Positions 47,692 to 58,789 of a DNA stretch of 64,000 nucleotides are shown in pieces (the stretch's first letter is position 1; every line of letters begins with the position of its first letter). The position numbers were made by a program, and so were the translations under genes. Where the stretch lies: NCBI GenBank assembly GCA_965603825.1, contig CBFDEM010000005.1, forward strand, positions 831,505-895,504. Reading direction: 5' to 3'. The notes below the pieces were generated by a model, which saw only the letters and a list, made by a program, of their open reading frames with translations, was not told where the DNA came from and did no database searches. Origin of the DNA: Blepharisma stoltei ATCC 30299. Lineage: Eukaryota > Protista > Ciliophora.

Positions 47692-49524
47692 TTATTGATC
47701 CAATAAATTCTCTATAAGTGTTGCTTCATAGTAAATAACCGAATTTCTCTGGTCATCTATATGGTTCTTTATCCACCTAGCTGTGTTTTGATCATCAAAA
47801 TCCAAAACAATCATATCCATCCCTATCTGTTTCCTCAATCCTAAAATCAAGCTCTTCTTATCACTATTACTGATTTCCGCATCCACATATTTTAAATGGA
47901 TCATCAATTCGACTTTCGCAAAATTAATTTTCATCGGATCAGGCTCAACTAAAATGAAATATTTTGGGTCTTCAACAAAATATTTGACACCCATTGAGTT
48001 TCCTCTTTTCATTATGCATCTTTCGCACATCCTGTCACCCATTTCATATGTTTCGTTTACTTTTCAGGTCTCTTCTTGCTCTTTGTAGAGCAAATTTTTT
48101 ATTGCATCTGTGATTGCCTGATCTAAAAAAGCAGGAGAATAGTCTGACCTGCATTTTTCGAATAAATTATAAATTTGGGAGCTTATGTTTGTATTGCTGT
48201 TTTGCTCTGCTGAGATAGGCTCTTCTTCTGATTTCTCTGTGAGAAGGCCATTAGCTAAAAGGAATTCCTTTGCAACTCATTTATTTGACAATAGGCTGTA
48301 AATTAATAGTAAGGAAAGGGTAATTAGGGTGCTATCTTTTGATCTTAAAAATGCATATAAATCGCTTCTTATAGGATTTGGTAAAGAATTTGATGTGATT
48401 TGCAGATAACTTAAAGAATTTATGAAATATCAATATCTTTCCTCTTTTTGTTCGTTTTTTCGTCTTTGGATTTCTACCAAAGGTTCAGGATTTAAAGCTA
48501 AATTGAGCACAGAACTTTCAAGATTCTCAGAAAATAAAATATAAGCTAGGCAATTTTGCACGATTGAATATTTTATTATTTTCATGATTTGGCTTGCTAA
48601 AAATAAAGAAACCGGAATTGAAGTTTGATATTCTTTTCTTTCTATAGCTCCAATTCCTCCTACAATTACCGGAAACATAGCAATTTTCATGAAATAGTCA
48701 GCAAGTTCCTTATTGAATTCTTCTCTCCCTATTTCAAATATATCATTCACATATAACAAATTATCAAGATTATCTGTAATAATATTAGTTGCACCTTCAA
48801 AATCAATTTTCGAATTAATTCTCCCATTCAAGCCAATTCATTCTTCTCTAATAGAAGATACTAAACAGTTAAAAAACCCCGACTCAATTATGTATTCTGA
48901 TATCCTGGGATCTTCCACTACTTATATATTACACTTTAAGATAGTCAAAATCACTGTCCTTGCCCCAGTCCTTATCATTGCTTCTTTATAATTCAAAAAC
49001 ATAAGTGCTCCTGTATATAATCTAAATTCCTTTTCAATTATAAAAATTTGTAATAAAACTGGGTCAAGATTTATTGCAATTCCTTTCAGCAGCGATAAAT
49101 AGTTTTCAATGATTTCGTCATCTGTAAAGTCAAAAGGATAACTTACAATTTCTGCATAGAATTGAGTCTTTAGTAAAAAGATGAGACTTTCTATTTGGCT
49201 TAAGTTATGAATTAGCATATTTGCAGTCTGGATGAGCTGGATAGAAACTTCTCGATTGTTTTGAAGAAATAAAATCTTTATTAATAGAGATTCCATAGCA
49301 TTGACGCGGAAATATCTATTTATGGAATACTGAAAAAAAGTGTGATGATTTTGCTCGCTTCATATTAAACCTTCCCCGATTGTCCGAAGTAACTCGACTA
49401 CTTGAGGAGAGTTTTCATTAGTGATTTCTTCGACTCTGCTCAAATCTCGGTGCTTTGATCTTGGTAAGAATTACTGGAAGATTTCGATTGAAAATTTTGT
49501 TTTTCCGGACCATTTTCCTAACAT
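47692..49524 (-). CDS. CLEC16A/TT9 (FPL-domain) homolog, 3 introns
   Basis: VVELLRTIGEGLIW, IQLIQTANMLIHN, FDFTDDEIIENYLSLLK, MIRTGARTVILTI; introns 49460-49474, 49316-49330, 48918-48932. Confidence 0.82.
48918..48932 (-). other. 15-nt intron
   Basis: gtaatatataagtag on the minus strand; in-frame TAA. Confidence 0.82.
49316..49330 (-). other. 15-nt intron (stop-free, in frame)
   Basis: gtattccataaatag on the minus strand. Confidence 0.65.
49460..49474 (-). other. 15-nt intron
   Basis: gtaattcttaccaag on the minus strand; in-frame TAA. Confidence 0.8.
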
Positions 49525-49668
49525 TTTATAGCGGTAAGAATCATAATTAGGCTTGTTATACTAATAATATAAATTATTTTATGATTAAAATAATAATTCA
49601 AATGCCAATAGCACGAAAAAACCCATTTCATAAGATTATATTAATCAGGTATTAATATTTATTATTTA

Positions 49669-50895
49669 TTATAATAAACAACTTGCCATACAAAATGCAG
49701 TAGACTCAGGAGACCCGAAATCTAAAATACAGTTCAATATGCAAGTAGTGAAATCTTCAGCGTCATCATAGCTCTCATAGTTTTCTTTGCTCTTTGAATA
49801 CTCTTTTAAAAAAACTTCCAAAGCACATTCATTTATATCTCGTATTTGATTGAATTCAATCATGCTTAAATAATAATATTTCATGGCTGATATATCTCTT
49901 TCATTCCAAAAACTATTAGCACACATCTCGCTATGTGGCCAAAATCTTCTTTTAGTGTTACAATTTTTCACTTCTTCACTGCTAAGCCACTTCATTTCAA
50001 TTTTACGAAATTGAATATATGCCTTGTCACCAGGATTTAAAGAGCAATAACCAAATCGGTCTTCATTGTACCCACAAATGCAAGATCCTTGGATAAAATA
50101 AGAAGTCTTAGGGTCTGTTTTTGAAATGCAATCCTTTACATTTGTATTATAGCATCTTGCAGGTGCTTCATTGAGAGACTCTAAATTTTCAGTGCAAAAA
50201 TATTGATTTCCTCCATTGATATTGCTACAAGTCCCAGAGCTACACATTAAATTCTGGTTTCTGATGCAACTATTTACTGAAATTTCTACCCCAGGCTGAA
50301 GACTTCCATATTCAACACAAATGTTAAGGTTTGAGTTTGTATTTGAGATTTTATTGCAACCAGCATTATAAATGCAATCAAAGTCGCTTAAGCAGCCAAT
50401 ATTTCCAATCGATATCAGAGGCTTACAAAATCCGAAGCCTCCACTAATTTCTTGGCAAGAAAGCCCAGGGTTGCATTGCTCACTAACGGTGCATTTTCCA
50501 TTTGATTTTATTCCTTCACATAAAAAGTTTTCTCCACAACCTAAAGAATATTCTGGGTCACAATCTGAACTAGCGGCACATTTTTCACCTGGGTAGCTTT
50601 TTGGCTGAGAAATTTTTTGAAAGACACATGAATAATTTTTATCGTTTTGATTCGGGATGCAAAATTGAGTCTCAGGGCATTTTTGGATGTAAAAAGTGTC
50701 AGAAATTGAATTATAGTAAGCGCAGGTTCCATTAGAAAGGGTTTGAGATAATTGCTTACAAGTGTAGCTTGGGCAGCCAGATGTGGGGTAATCAAACCAG
50801 CTATAAGGCAGGAATGAGGGCTGAGAAGAGAGGTTAGCTTCTTCACTTGAAACAAGAATAATCAAGGGTAAGAAGAAGAGAACAGAAATTTGCAT
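49669..50895 (-). CDS. Secreted or surface cysteine-rich protein
   Basis: Signal peptide; repeated GEKC....DC / C...EQCNPGLSC units; CICGYN...YC. Confidence 0.8.
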   Translation of the reverse strand: MQISVLFFLPLIILVSSEEANLSSQPSFLPYSWFDYPTSGCPSYTCKQLSQTLSNGTCAYYNSISDTFYIQKCPETQFCIPNQNDKNYSCVFQKISQPKSYPGEKCAASSDCDPEYSLGCGENFLCEGIKSNGKCTVSEQCNPGLSCQEISGGFGFCKPLISIGNIGCLSDFDCIYNAGCNKISNTNSNLNICVEYGSLQPGVEISVNSCIRNQNLMCSSGTCSNINGGNQYFCTENLESLNEAPARCYNTNVKDCISKTDPKTSYFIQGSCICGYNEDRFGYCSLNPGDKAYIQFRKIEMKWLSSEEVKNCNTKRRFWPHSEMCANSFWNERDISAMKYYYLSMIEFNQIRDINECALEVFLKEYSKSKENYESYDDAEDFTTCILNCILDFGSPESTAFCMASCLL

Positions 50896-51055
50896 TTTTG
50901 AAGGATTATTTATAATTAATTGAATTTAGAAATAATAAAATGATATAGATACTTTTATATAGTCGCATGGGCTAAAAATAATTCATAATAAATATAGAGA
51001 TGATTTTAAGCGAATTTTGGGCCCTTTTTAATATAAAATTTTATAGCATCTAATC

Positions 51056-53935
51056 TTAAGTAAAGATCGCTCCCGAAATATCTATCTCAAGGCAAATCAA
51101 CGTTGAGCTCTGTGAAGACCATAACAATTTCCCAGAATAATCAACTTTTTCATCTTCATTCCCACTATTTTTACCAGAATCCTCGAATATTGCATTATTT
51201 TCTATAAGTTTTGTACCTTCCTCAAATTTTCACAATTTTACAGTCCCATCATCACTTCCCGACACAATGAACTTCCCACATTGGGAAAACCCAACAGTTC
51301 AAACTGAGCTCGAATGGCCTAAGTACTCCTTCACCTTTTGTTGGTTATCCAAGTCTCATAGAATTATTGATTTATCATGACCTCCTGATATCAAATATCT
51401 CCCACATGGTGAAAAGCATACAGATCATATAGAATCGCAATGTCCTTCTATTATATTAATTGGACTTGGAGTGTCTATTTCTCATATAATAATAGTCTGA
51501 TCACGACTCCCTGAAGCCAAAAATTTTCCACATGGTGATCATGCCACAGACCACACTGTATCTTCATGTCCCACGAATTCTTTTATTTTTTGCTTCATTG
51601 CGACATTCCAAATTTTTATTTCATTATCAACTCCACCAGCAATAAAATTCCCACAAGGAGATCATTTGACAGATCAAAGACTTTCCCAATTTTCTTCAAT
51701 TTTTCAAATAATTTCTCCATTGTTGTATTCATAAATTTGTATAGTTTTATCATTGCTTGCTGACATTAAAAATTTTCCACATGGAGACCAAACAACTGTC
51801 GATACAGAGTCTGAGTGTACGGTAAATTTTTTTATTTCTTTTTCAAAATCCCATATTCTTACTGATTTATCGTCACTTGAAGAAGCTAATAAGTTTCCAT
51901 CTGGAGATCAAGAAACTGATCATATAGAGTCTTCGTGGCCTTTTAATATAGAAATTTGTTGAAATGTTTCTGAGCTTCAAATTTGGATTGTTTTATCGTG
52001 GCTCGCAGAAGCAAATAGATTTTGACAAGGCGAAAAAGAAACACATCAAACTGAATCAGAATGGCCTTCATATTCTTTAATTATTTGCTTCGTGTTAGGG
52101 TGCCATAAATTTACGAGCTTGTCTTGGCTACCAGTTGCTATTTGAGTTCCAGTAGGTGACCAAGAAACAGATAAGACTGAATCTGAATGGCCAAAAAATT
52201 CATTTATTTTTTCATGAGTCTCAATATTGAAAATTTTGACAGATTTATCATTGCAAGCATTTGCTAAAAATTTCTCACAGGGAGACCAAGATACAGACCA
52301 AACCTGGTCTGAATTTTCACTTATTTCATAAGTCATATTTTCAGAGCTTCAAATTTTGATCGTTTTATCTTGGCTACTTGATGCAAGTAAATTTCCAAAT
52401 GGGGATCAAGACAAGCATAAAATTGGGTCCAAGTGTCCTTTAAGAGAATACATTTTTTGATAATTTTCTGAGCTTCAAATTACAATTTGTAAATCATTTC
52501 CTCCTGAAGCGATATATTTGTTATTAGGATTCCAGGAAACAGCTAGAACTGAGTCTGTATGCTCATCAAGCTCTTTATTGTTTTCACTATTTTCTAAATC
52601 CCATATTCTGATTTCTTTATCATGGCTTCCTGAAGCGATTTTATTACCTAAAGGATTCCAAGAAATCGATAAAACTGATGAAGAATGCCCAGATAGCTCA
52701 TTTATTTTTTTATTTTTTTCAATGTCTCATATTTTTATATTCATGTCATGGCTCCCTGAAGCTAAAGTATTTCCTTTTGGAGACCATGAAAGAGTTACTA
52801 CAGACTCTGTATGATCTCTATATTCACTATAGAGAGAGTATGAGTTTTCTTCTATTTTTCAAATTTTTATTGATTTATCGTCTCCTGCAGAAGCTAAATA
52901 TTTCCCATCAGGAGATCATGAGACTGACCATACAGAATCAGTGTGACCTATCAAGGGATTGAATTCTCCAAATTTTATGTTCGATATATTTGAATTTTTT
53001 AGTTTTGTATAAAGAAGCTGAGATTGAGATAAATCGACGCCTTTCAGATAAGAATTTTCTAAATTTGTTTTATATAGGACAGATTTTGATAGGTCTGCAT
53101 ATGGAATTCTTATGCTGCTCATATCGAGATCTATGAATGAAAAATTTGAATGACTCAGAATAGTGATAGAGTTTGAAGATGCGATATCAAAATCCTTGGA
53201 AGCTCTTGAAAGAAGAATCACTTGGTAAAAAAGCTCTTTTTGTTCTTTATTAAGCATTTCCTTTAGTATTTTGAATACATTCAGCCTTTTAGTAAGGTTT
53301 ATTTGATTGAAATAGCTCGCTTTTAATTCTTCTTTATTATTTCATTTATTGATATCTTTAAAAACAGATATTGAAAAAAAGTAATCTAGTCTAGGTTCAA
53401 CAAAAATCTCATTGATTTTCATTATATCTCTACTGAATGGCTTTTTGTCCCAAATATCTAGATCGATTGATAAATTCTTTTCTTCAATTTGTTTGTTAAG
53501 AGTAATATCAAATTTCTTAATAGCGTCTTCTTTTGGAAGCAATAAAAATTCTTCGCTTTCGCTAAATCCTACTTTTGGCACTCTCTGCATACCTTTGATA
53601 TCATTAAAAAATTTTAAACAAATCTCAATATTTTTATTCAATAGACCTTCTTTCTCATCCAATTTTCTTTTTATTTCCATGATTTCTTCTTGCGATTTTC
53701 TTATCAGAGATGACTTATTGCTTCAGAGTTCTTTTAGTTTGTGTTCGATGTGGGATAAAAGGTTGTGTTTATTATCTTGATTAAATTCAATAAACAAAGG
53801 CTGCGGATTATGCAAAGCAGACGATTTTAGCTTCAAGTGATCATAAAGGCATTTCTTGCAAAAGAAAAGATTGACTCCAGAGCAATCGCAATATGATACC
53901 GCCTTTCTTTGGCAATTGCTATTAGAACATTGCAT
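51056..53935 (-). CDS. Zn-finger(B-box-like) / coiled-coil / pentapeptide / multi-WD40 protein (959 aa)
   Basis: Start and stop in one frame with many TGA at WD-repeat Trp positions (not every internal codon checked); CSNSNC...CDC...CKKCLYDH; ADLSKSVLYKTNLENSYLKGVDL; more than 12 GH.DSV.SVSWSP...LAS...D..IKIW repeats. Confidence 0.85.
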
Positions 53936-54334
53936 ATTTTATCAATTAATATGCATCATATTATATACAGCGCTGAAGCATTAGATATGAGAATCTCTTT
54001 AGGTGTTTTCAGAATAAGCTTTGAGACCTCAATAATTCTAAAATGTATGAGAGAAATTTATGCAAGTAATTTTAAAGAATTTAAACCAATAGTGCTTCCT
54101 TTCATATCTTCTCTTAACTGCATGAGCTATCTTCAGCTTGCTAATAATTAATCCATTTTAGGTTACTTTTAATTGAATTTTTTAAGAATATTACATTAAT
54201 CCTGCAACACTAATTTTGTGACAATGCATCGTTTAATATCCTTTTTAATATTACTTAAAATAATCACTATTGATATTAATATTAACTATTATCCAATATT
54301 TGAACTGAAATTAAATTTGATTCTGTTAAATTTA

Positions 54335-54994
54335 CTACTCAATTAAAGTAGCTCCAGCATCAGTATCAAAATTAACTGTGGTATTGCAAATAGTCATAGG
54401 CCCTTCATATTGCTTCAAATAATAATCAATGAAAAAATCATATGAATCTGTATTGATTTCTGGAACATCATCATGCTGTATTGACCATAAAGTAAAACCG
54501 CCTGAACCTACCCAGTTACTCCCTACAATATTAGTTCAATCAGTCTGGGATGTTAAAATTCCTGCTGTAGATGCCGCCAAGCTTCTTATAGAACTTCCCA
54601 TTGAGAAAAGAAAATTTTGATTTTGTTGCTGATTTGTACTCCATGCATATTTAGTAGCCTCTATCCAGATAGGATCTCTGACTTGCTCTAAGTATGGGGT
54701 AATCACCTCTACCAGCTCTAGAACCTGGTTTTGAGGGTTTCCACAAGGAAAGCAAGGAAACATATAAACCTGGATGCTCTGAAAGCCAGCACTTTGCGCA
54801 TTTTGTATATTAGTTACTAAGTTTGGATCAACAGCCCCATAAGAGCAATAAGCTCGAATTATAACGAAAGTATATCCCTGATTGAGCAAACAAGCGAATG
54901 ACTCTTTGCTAGTGGCTATTGATATGTCGACTCCCAGATCGGCAAAAGTCAAAGGGAAGAAAGAGAAGAAAAGGGAAAGAATAAAGTTTTTCAT
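54335..54994 (-). CDS. GH25-type (protist LYS) lysozyme-like secreted protein
   Basis: Signal peptide; GVDIS, FVIIRAYCSYGAVDPN, VYMFPCFPCG, KQY; reads through TGA 54536 to TAG. Confidence 0.85.
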
Positions 54995-55339
54995 TTTATT
55001 CCCCAAATTATTTTAGTGGAATTCATTAACATATAAAGATATCATATAATGACGTCATATTAAAAACCCGTAATCAATGCATTTAATCTTTGAACCAAGA
55101 GTTAAATTTGAAGTTTAAAATAAATTACTTGGGATGAATCGCAATTTTTATTTTATTAGTATTTAGGCAACCCGATATGATCTTTTTGGGCTTTTAACTG
55201 CCATTTAAAAGCAATGTCTTATTTTTTCGCATAAATAGCTATTTAGCTTTATTTAGCCAGATTAATTTAGGTTATTATATAATTTTTTAAGCTTTCTATA
55301 AACCCAATCATATTTCGAATGCTCTTATATAAGTATATG

Positions 55340-58116
55340 CATTGCTAATTATTTTCTGACCTCAGTAACACAGGAGAGCCCATTGACTCGAAGTTTTTGT
55401 GTTTCAGTGGGTTTTTGTATCAAGATGCCTTGCCTTATAACACGGCATTTAAAAAGATGTTAACAGATTCAATTAGTATACTTTATGCATCATAATAGAT
55501 CGCTGTACCCTGCTTCTGCACTGTTGAAGTGCCCTCTGATTTGCTTACCAACTCAAGGTGCGGGCACAGTTTCATTTTTCGTGTATCTCACAGTGATTTT
55601 CCCAATTGAAGAACTGTCCAATATGCAGGATAAAACTGCAGATCTCAATTGTGGTCTCGCATGCTGGATATGGATGGGTCGTCAGCAATTCGCCTTCTGA
55701 GAAAGCATATAACTGCTTTGTCTTTTTAATAGGACTTTTTGCCTACTCAATTTTGTTTGGGAGCATAACTTCACTTGTGGCAGAACTCTCTTCCTCTGAT
55801 GCAAAATTTATATTCGAAAATAGCTATTGGTATGTTAAAGATTTTATTGATAAAAAGCAGCTAGGCAGTATTTTTATGGAGAAAATAAATGATTATTTTG
55901 ACTACTTATGGAGATCAAGCAAAGGAATTTATGATGAAAATGTCTTAAAAGAGCTCCTCCATCCTTGATGTCAGATATCCAGTTTTATAGATATTCTGAA
56001 GCTGTTAAGAATGTAATATCTTTAAAAATAAAGATGGGAGCATTAATGAGCCTTTGGTAAAATCAATCCTCAGGCTTCTGAAAGTCGAAATTTATTTGGC
56101 GGGAGACCCTGTTATTGGTGCAGGAGAAAAAAGGAATGATTTATTTATCATTCTTGATGGAGAAGTGCGTGTTATCGATTTTAAAGGTAAAAAGACAGTA
56201 GAAATCCTCTATCCTGGGTATCATTTTGGAGAGATTTCAACAATGATAGATCTAATAAAATCTAGCCACTTTTATAATTGCAGCAAAAGTATCTAAAATA
56301 GGAATTTTAGAAGAAAAATGCATCAAGGACCTAAGGGAAGCTTATCCAGAGTGGTATTGCAGCATGGCTGAGCTCGCACAAAATAGGCTAATAGCCACTT
56401 TTTCTTCAGACACTTTGGATGAAGCGTTATATCTTTTGAAAAAATAAATTCAAAGATTCATGCTGTCCAGAAATCTCCAAAAAATACTACGCTAATATCC
56501 AAAAGCTGCTGGAAGCAATTATATCTGAAGAGCTTCTAATAATCTAATACCTGATACTCTGTTGCATTTTTATATATGTTTTTTCTTACCTACATTCTTT
56601 TTGAGTTGCCCTTAGAAATTGGGTTTGAAATGGAGTATAATTGATTTCTATTTGGAATAGAAATTATTAGCCTATTGGTCTCTGCAGCTTTTATTTTTGT
56701 TAACTTCAAGAATTATGTTTTTTAAGTGGGACAGATAAAGTTTACAAAGAATCTTCTCTTTGCTTTAGACATCTTTTCCTTATCGCCATTCAATATAATT
56801 TTTGCGAGTGAGCAGATTGAAGATCCTATAGTGTTAATTACCCTTTTAAGGCTGCTGAGGCTTGTGGCTACTTTTAGACTTATAGCATTGTTCGCTAGAA
56901 TAAGAAATCGGTTGAGACAGTTTTCAGCCCAATTGAAATTTTTGGAAACCATGATTTGTGATTGGCCTTAATTCATTTTATGAGCTGTTCATTTTTCTAT
57001 TACAGCCTTAATGAAAGATGCACTTCATGGGTGAAAGATAATGATCTTCAAGATTCAGAAACTGGGAATCAGTATAGCTGAGCGCTTTTCCATGTGCTGA
57101 ATATTCTCACTTGCACTGGATATGGTGGATTCATGCTTGAGGCAAACGATTCTGAAAGAATTTGGACCATTTTTTTACTTTCTTCAGAGATATGATGAAT
57201 GCTGTCATTTTTGGGCTGATGGCAACTGCGGTTGCCGCTCCTCAATCTGATTTGAAGTATTACATAGAGAAGCTGAAATCTCCAATGTGTGTGGCTAGCT
57301 CTTCAGAAAAGTTCCATAGTTTAATAAAGAAATTGGAATCTTGTGTATGGGTCTGTTGACTATAGAAATCTCTTTTTATACCTACCTCTAAACATTTCAA
57401 AGCCCATAATTTTCGAATGCAGCCGATCTATTCTAGAAAAAGTCCCATATTTTCAGTTTGAAGATTCTCGAAAGTTTTTTGAGCAGATTTCAATATATTT
57501 AAAGCCCAATTTTTTCTTACCAAAAGACTATATTATTCATAAAGAAAAATCACGTGATGAAATTTTCTTCATTATTGAAGGATCAATTGCTTTGATATCT
57601 GCCAATGGCAAAACGATCTTGAAAACCCTCAGAAAAGGATCTCTTATTGGTGATTTGGAATTCTTGGCATCAGTAAAATCGACATTTTCAGTTATTGCAA
57701 AAAGTATGTGCTATACTTATTCTTTAGACAAAAAAGATTTAATGAAGTCATTTGAAAAATACCCTGATGTTTTTGAAGAAATAGAGAAGAGAATTGTCAA
57801 GCATGATGGCCTACCAATTGACATTGCAAATCAAGATTCTGCAAATGATGATGAGTTGATCAAGCTAAGAAGCGCTGATTTGAGGAACGTTCTTGATATA
57901 CAGACTGGGATTACCGAATTTGACTTTAGTAATAAAGGGAGAAGGGAATCTTTGAATAAGAGAAGAAAAAATCTTATTGCAAGATCGGGCTCTGATTTGG
58001 GGGAGAGAAAGCAAAGCATTTCTAAGAGTATGCCAGAAAGGCGGTTGAGCAGAGAGTATGCTCCAATTTTAGATGTTTCTTTTAAGAGCACAGCTCAAAA
58101 CCCAGAAAATTATTAA
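55340..58116 (+). pseudogene. Degenerate cyclic-nucleotide-binding-domain cation channel (EAG/CNG-like), two tandem channel modules
   Basis: Pore 1 SHAGYG plus S6, C-linker and CNBD (FIILDGEV, HFGE); S4 LRLLRL; pore 2 TCTGYG; CNBD 2 (FFIIEGSI, LIGDL). Pieces lie in different frames with TAA/TAG stops. 5' boundary approximate. Confidence 0.7.
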
Positions 58117-58238
58117 GTTTTGATCATACATTTTTTATTAAATTTTATTTTAATGAGTTTCTATTATAATAGGTAAGATAATAATTTTAGGTTGATTTTA
58201 ACATATATATAAAACTGCTTAATGCAAATAAATTAAAT

Positions 58239-58325
58239 ATGAAAAAATGCTTCAATACAAAGTGTAAGAGTAAAGCTAATTCATGCCATTGCTCTCCTGA
58301 GATTTATACTTGCAAAAACACTTAA
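58239..58325 (+). pseudogene. Relic of a B-box-like Zn-finger gene
   Basis: MKKCFNTKCKSKANSCHCSPEIYTCKNT* resembles the N-terminus of the gene at 53935, then breaks. Confidence 0.4.
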
Positions 58326-58789
58326 CCCTATCTAGTAGCAATTCTAATAAATTTTTGTAAAATTATTGAGAGTACAAAGAATAGTCCTTAATTTTTGTAT
58401 AAAACTGATTCAATAAAAGCAAAAACAATAACTTCCTTTACTAAAACTCTTTATAGCTTATGAAATAATGAAAATAAATAATCTCTCATGTCTGCTTTTT
58501 ATTTCGTTTGCTATATAAATAATTAATACTCAATTTTCCTAAAACCAACATTTTAGCATTTGCAAAATGCGATCTATGCAATACATATAATTATAGGTAA
58601 AAGCCACCCTCCGTGAGCAAATAAAATTAGTTTTGATATTAAAGTTACTTTTTAAATGAGTTCGACAAAACCCATTTAGGGCGTTTATTACAGCTTAATA
58701 AAAAATTCTGTTACTCTCTTTTTTCTGGCCCATTTTTCTAATTAGCTTAGTTTTTTATATAGTAATTTCGATCGATAATCATAATAACG

